A program made the translations under genes and the position numbers. A DNA stretch of 64,000 nucleotides from an uncultured delta proteobacterium (GTDB lineage Bacteria > Myxococcota_A > Polyangia > Polyangiales > Polyangiaceae), in assembly GCA_963782055.1 (NCBI GenBank), contig CAWAIF010000003.1, positions 992,001 to 1,056,000 of the forward strand, in the 5' to 3' direction. Below, in pieces: positions 61,955 to 64,000 of the stretch (positions within the stretch are counted from its first letter, which is position 1; each line of letters opens with the position of its first letter). Below the pieces are notes generated by a model that was given only the letters and a program-made list of their open reading frames with translations, searched no databases and was not told the origin of the DNA.

Positions 61955-63670
61955 ATGCGCTGGGTCGTCGAGGTCGCCGCGCTGGACAAGTCCGCGTCGC
62001 ACACATACTGCGTCGAGGCCGAGTCCTGGCAGGGCGCGCTGCAGTCCGCACGGCGGCTGCGCGGTGACGCCAGCCGCATGTCCGGCTTCTCCATCGACAT
62101 CACGAACGATGGCTGCCGCGCCGTCGATCCGGCGAAGCAGCTCCGCTACGAGGTGAAGCGCACCGGCGACGAGACGCCGCTCACGCCGGGCGGCGAGGCG
62201 CCGCCGCCGTCGTCGAAGAAGAAGAGCGGCCCGACCTCCGGCAAGATCCCCGACTCCGCGCCCACGCAGCCGCGCCTGCCCGACACCACCATGCCGCTCG
62301 CGGCGCTGCCCTCCGACGTCGAGCTCCCGCCGGACTCCGGCCCCACCTCCGCACCCGCGAAGCCCGCGGCGCCGGCGAAGGCCGCGGCGGCGCCCGCGCC
62401 GGCGGCGAAGCCCGCACCGGCGGCGAAGCCCGCACCGGCGCCCGCGGCGAAGCCTGCGGCGCCCGCGCCGGCACCGAAGCCTGCAGCCCCCGCGCCGGCG
62501 GCGAAGCCTGCGGCCCCCGCCCCCGCGGCGATGCCCGCCGCTCAGGCCGCGCCCACCGGGCCGCCCGTGCCGCCCATCGTGATCCAGCGCGAGCAGGACG
62601 CGACGGCCGACGTCCCCCTCACGTACCGTGAGTACGCGTTTGCCCTGCCGCAAGGCACGACGGAAGAGGTCGCGGCGAAGGTGCTCCTGCAGCAGCAGGC
62701 GCGCATCGCGCAGCTGCTCACCGCCGCGCCGGCCGGCAAGCTGGTGAACCTGGCGGCGTTCGACGTGACCTTCCAGGGCCGTCCCCCGGTCCTGCCCCTC
62801 GCCACCCTCACGTGGAAAGACTGGCGCGGCGATCCCACCCTCGCCTTCCCCCGCCGCAACCGCCCCCAGCCCGCCCCCGCGCCCGCAGCCGCGCCCGCGC
62901 CCGCAGCCGCGCCCGCGCCCGCGCCCGCAGCCGCGCCCGCCCCCGCCCCCGCGCCCGCCCCCGCCCCCGCGCCCGCCCCCGCCCCCGCGCCCGCAGCCGC
63001 GCCCGCGCCCGCGCCCGCCCCCGCCCCCGCCCCCGCCCCCGTCGCGCCCACCCCCGCGGCAGCTCCCCCCACCTCCCAGGCTCACCCCAGGCCCCCCGTC
63101 CCGCAGAAGCCGCCCGTCCCCGCGAGCAAGGCCAAGCGCGTCCGCGGAGACGAGCTCATCGCCGTCCTCTTCGAGGCGATGCACGATCTCCACTTCCTGC
63201 GCGACGCGATCGAGGGCGGCGAGTTCTGCCTCGCCCTCGCGATGGACAAGCTCCCCTCCCGCCTGGGCGTCGTCTACCTCTACGACATCGACCATCGCGA
63301 GTTCGTCGTCGTGGGCGCCGCCGGCGCCGTGCCCGCCGGGCTCGCGCAGGCACGCTACCCCGAGAGCGAGGCGGTCCTTGCCCGCGCGATGAAGAAGCGG
63401 CGCGCCATCCTGCTCTCCGCCGCCGACAAGACGCTCGCCGCGCACGCCGGCGCCATGGGCGGCGGCAAGAGCGTGGTCCTCGCGCCGGTCATGCTGTCCG
63501 GTCGCTTCCTCGGCGCCATCGAGCTCTTCGATCCCGCCGACGGCGTCCCCTTCTCCGATCTGGACGCCAACGCCATGTCGTACATGGCCGAGCAGTTCGC
63601 GGAGTTCGTCGCGGCGCGCGGCGTCCTGCTTCGCCGCGACTCGCACCCCCCCGCCGCCTCCACCTCCTGA
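61955..63670 (+). CDS. Multi-domain protein with Pro/Ala-rich linkers and a C-terminal GAF domain
   Basis: GAF-like VYLYDIDHREFVVV..SVVLAPV..GRFLGAIEL..FSDLDANAMSYMAEQFA; GAGAGG RBS. Confidence 0.75.
   Translation: MRWVVEVAALDKSASHTYCVEAESWQGALQSARRLRGDASRMSGFSIDITNDGCRAVDPAKQLRYEVKRTGDETPLTPGGEAPPPSSKKKSGPTSGKIPDSAPTQPRLPDTTMPLAALPSDVELPPDSGPTSAPAKPAAPAKAAAAPAPAAKPAPAAKPAPAPAAKPAAPAPAPKPAAPAPAAKPAAPAPAAMPAAQAAPTGPPVPPIVIQREQDATADVPLTYREYAFALPQGTTEEVAAKVLLQQQARIAQLLTAAPAGKLVNLAAFDVTFQGRPPVLPLATLTWKDWRGDPTLAFPRRNRPQPAPAPAAAPAPAAAPAPAPAAAPAPAPAPAPAPAPAPAPAPAAAPAPAPAPAPAPAPVAPTPAAAPPTSQAHPRPPVPQKPPVPASKAKRVRGDELIAVLFEAMHDLHFLRDAIEGGEFCLALAMDKLPSRLGVVYLYDIDHREFVVVGAAGAVPAGLAQARYPESEAVLARAMKKRRAILLSAADKTLAAHAGAMGGGKSVVLAPVMLSGRFLGAIELFDPADGVPFSDLDANAMSYMAEQFAEFVAARGVLLRRDSHPPAASTS
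62868..63040 (+). repeat. Coding hexanucleotide low-complexity repeat (GCGCCC/GCCCCC/GCAGCC) encoding (AP)n
   Basis: Read directly; a second AKPAAPAP-type repeat lies at about 62350-62530. Confidence 0.9.
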
Positions 63671-63737
63671 GGCCGCGCCGGTCCCGAGCCAGTGACCCGG
63701 GAGCGCCCAGCCCGGGCCGAGGTGTTACGCTCCGCCC

Positions 63738-64000
63738 GTGGACTCCAGCCGTCGGGAGCGGATTCTGTCGTTCGTGCTGCTCCCGGCCGTGCTCGTCGCC
63801 GTCGGGGTCCTGGCGTTCTTCACCTTCCGCACCACCCTGCAGCTGGAGAAGCTCCGCCAGCAGTCGGTGCTCGAGTCCACGCTCGGCCTCGCGACCGAGA
63901 AGGCCGACCGCCTGGACAAGCGCATCATCACCGAGGACAACGTCGTCATCGCGGTGACCGATCCGGCCAATCTCTCCGGCCTGGCCGAGCGCTGGCTGCC
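63738..64000 (+). CDS. 5' part of a membrane protein, possibly a sensor histidine kinase (truncated by the window)
   Basis: GTG..RILSFVLLPAVLVAVGVLAFFTF TM followed by a helical region; open to the window end; no catalytic motifs visible. Confidence 0.5.
   Translation, partial: MDSSRRERILSFVLLPAVLVAVGVLAFFTFRTTLQLEKLRQQSVLESTLGLATEKADRLDKRIITEDNVVIAVTDPANLSGLAERWL

Overview
Very GC-rich chromosomal window, most consistent with Myxococcota (probably Polyangiales-like). This is inferred from four Ser/Thr kinases, an FHA-sigma54 activator, an IgGFc-binding lipoprotein and an MJ0042 zinc-ribbon/TPR protein. About 42 genes; I saw no rRNA, tRNA, CRISPR array or mobile element. Contents in order: MscS and a flippase; a type IVa minor-pilin operon (fimU-pilV-pilW-pilX-pilY1 plus a coupled lipoprotein); a divergent RNase HII-like gene, dksA, uvrA and a trans-sulfuration enzyme; a frameshifted zinc-ribbon/TPR gene; DUF4350-moxR-DUF58-rsmA; an unannotated 53-aa ORF; two large lipoproteins in an operon with mutS; a kinase-macrodomain fusion; gcvP; a kinase/sigma54 signalling cassette; a CesT/YbjN-like-pspA-P-type ATPase operon; an orphan lolC/E; a GAF protein. 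Best novelty candidates: (1) a Vipp1-like PspA coupled to a P2A-type ATPase that has lost the TM5 and TM6 Ca2+-binding carboxylates; (2) a cytoplasmic kinase fused to a degenerate macrodomain; (3) a small ORF with an Hda-like clamp-binding motif; (4) a recurring extended -10, leaderless promoter architecture. All calls come from reading motifs by eye; no database searches were run.
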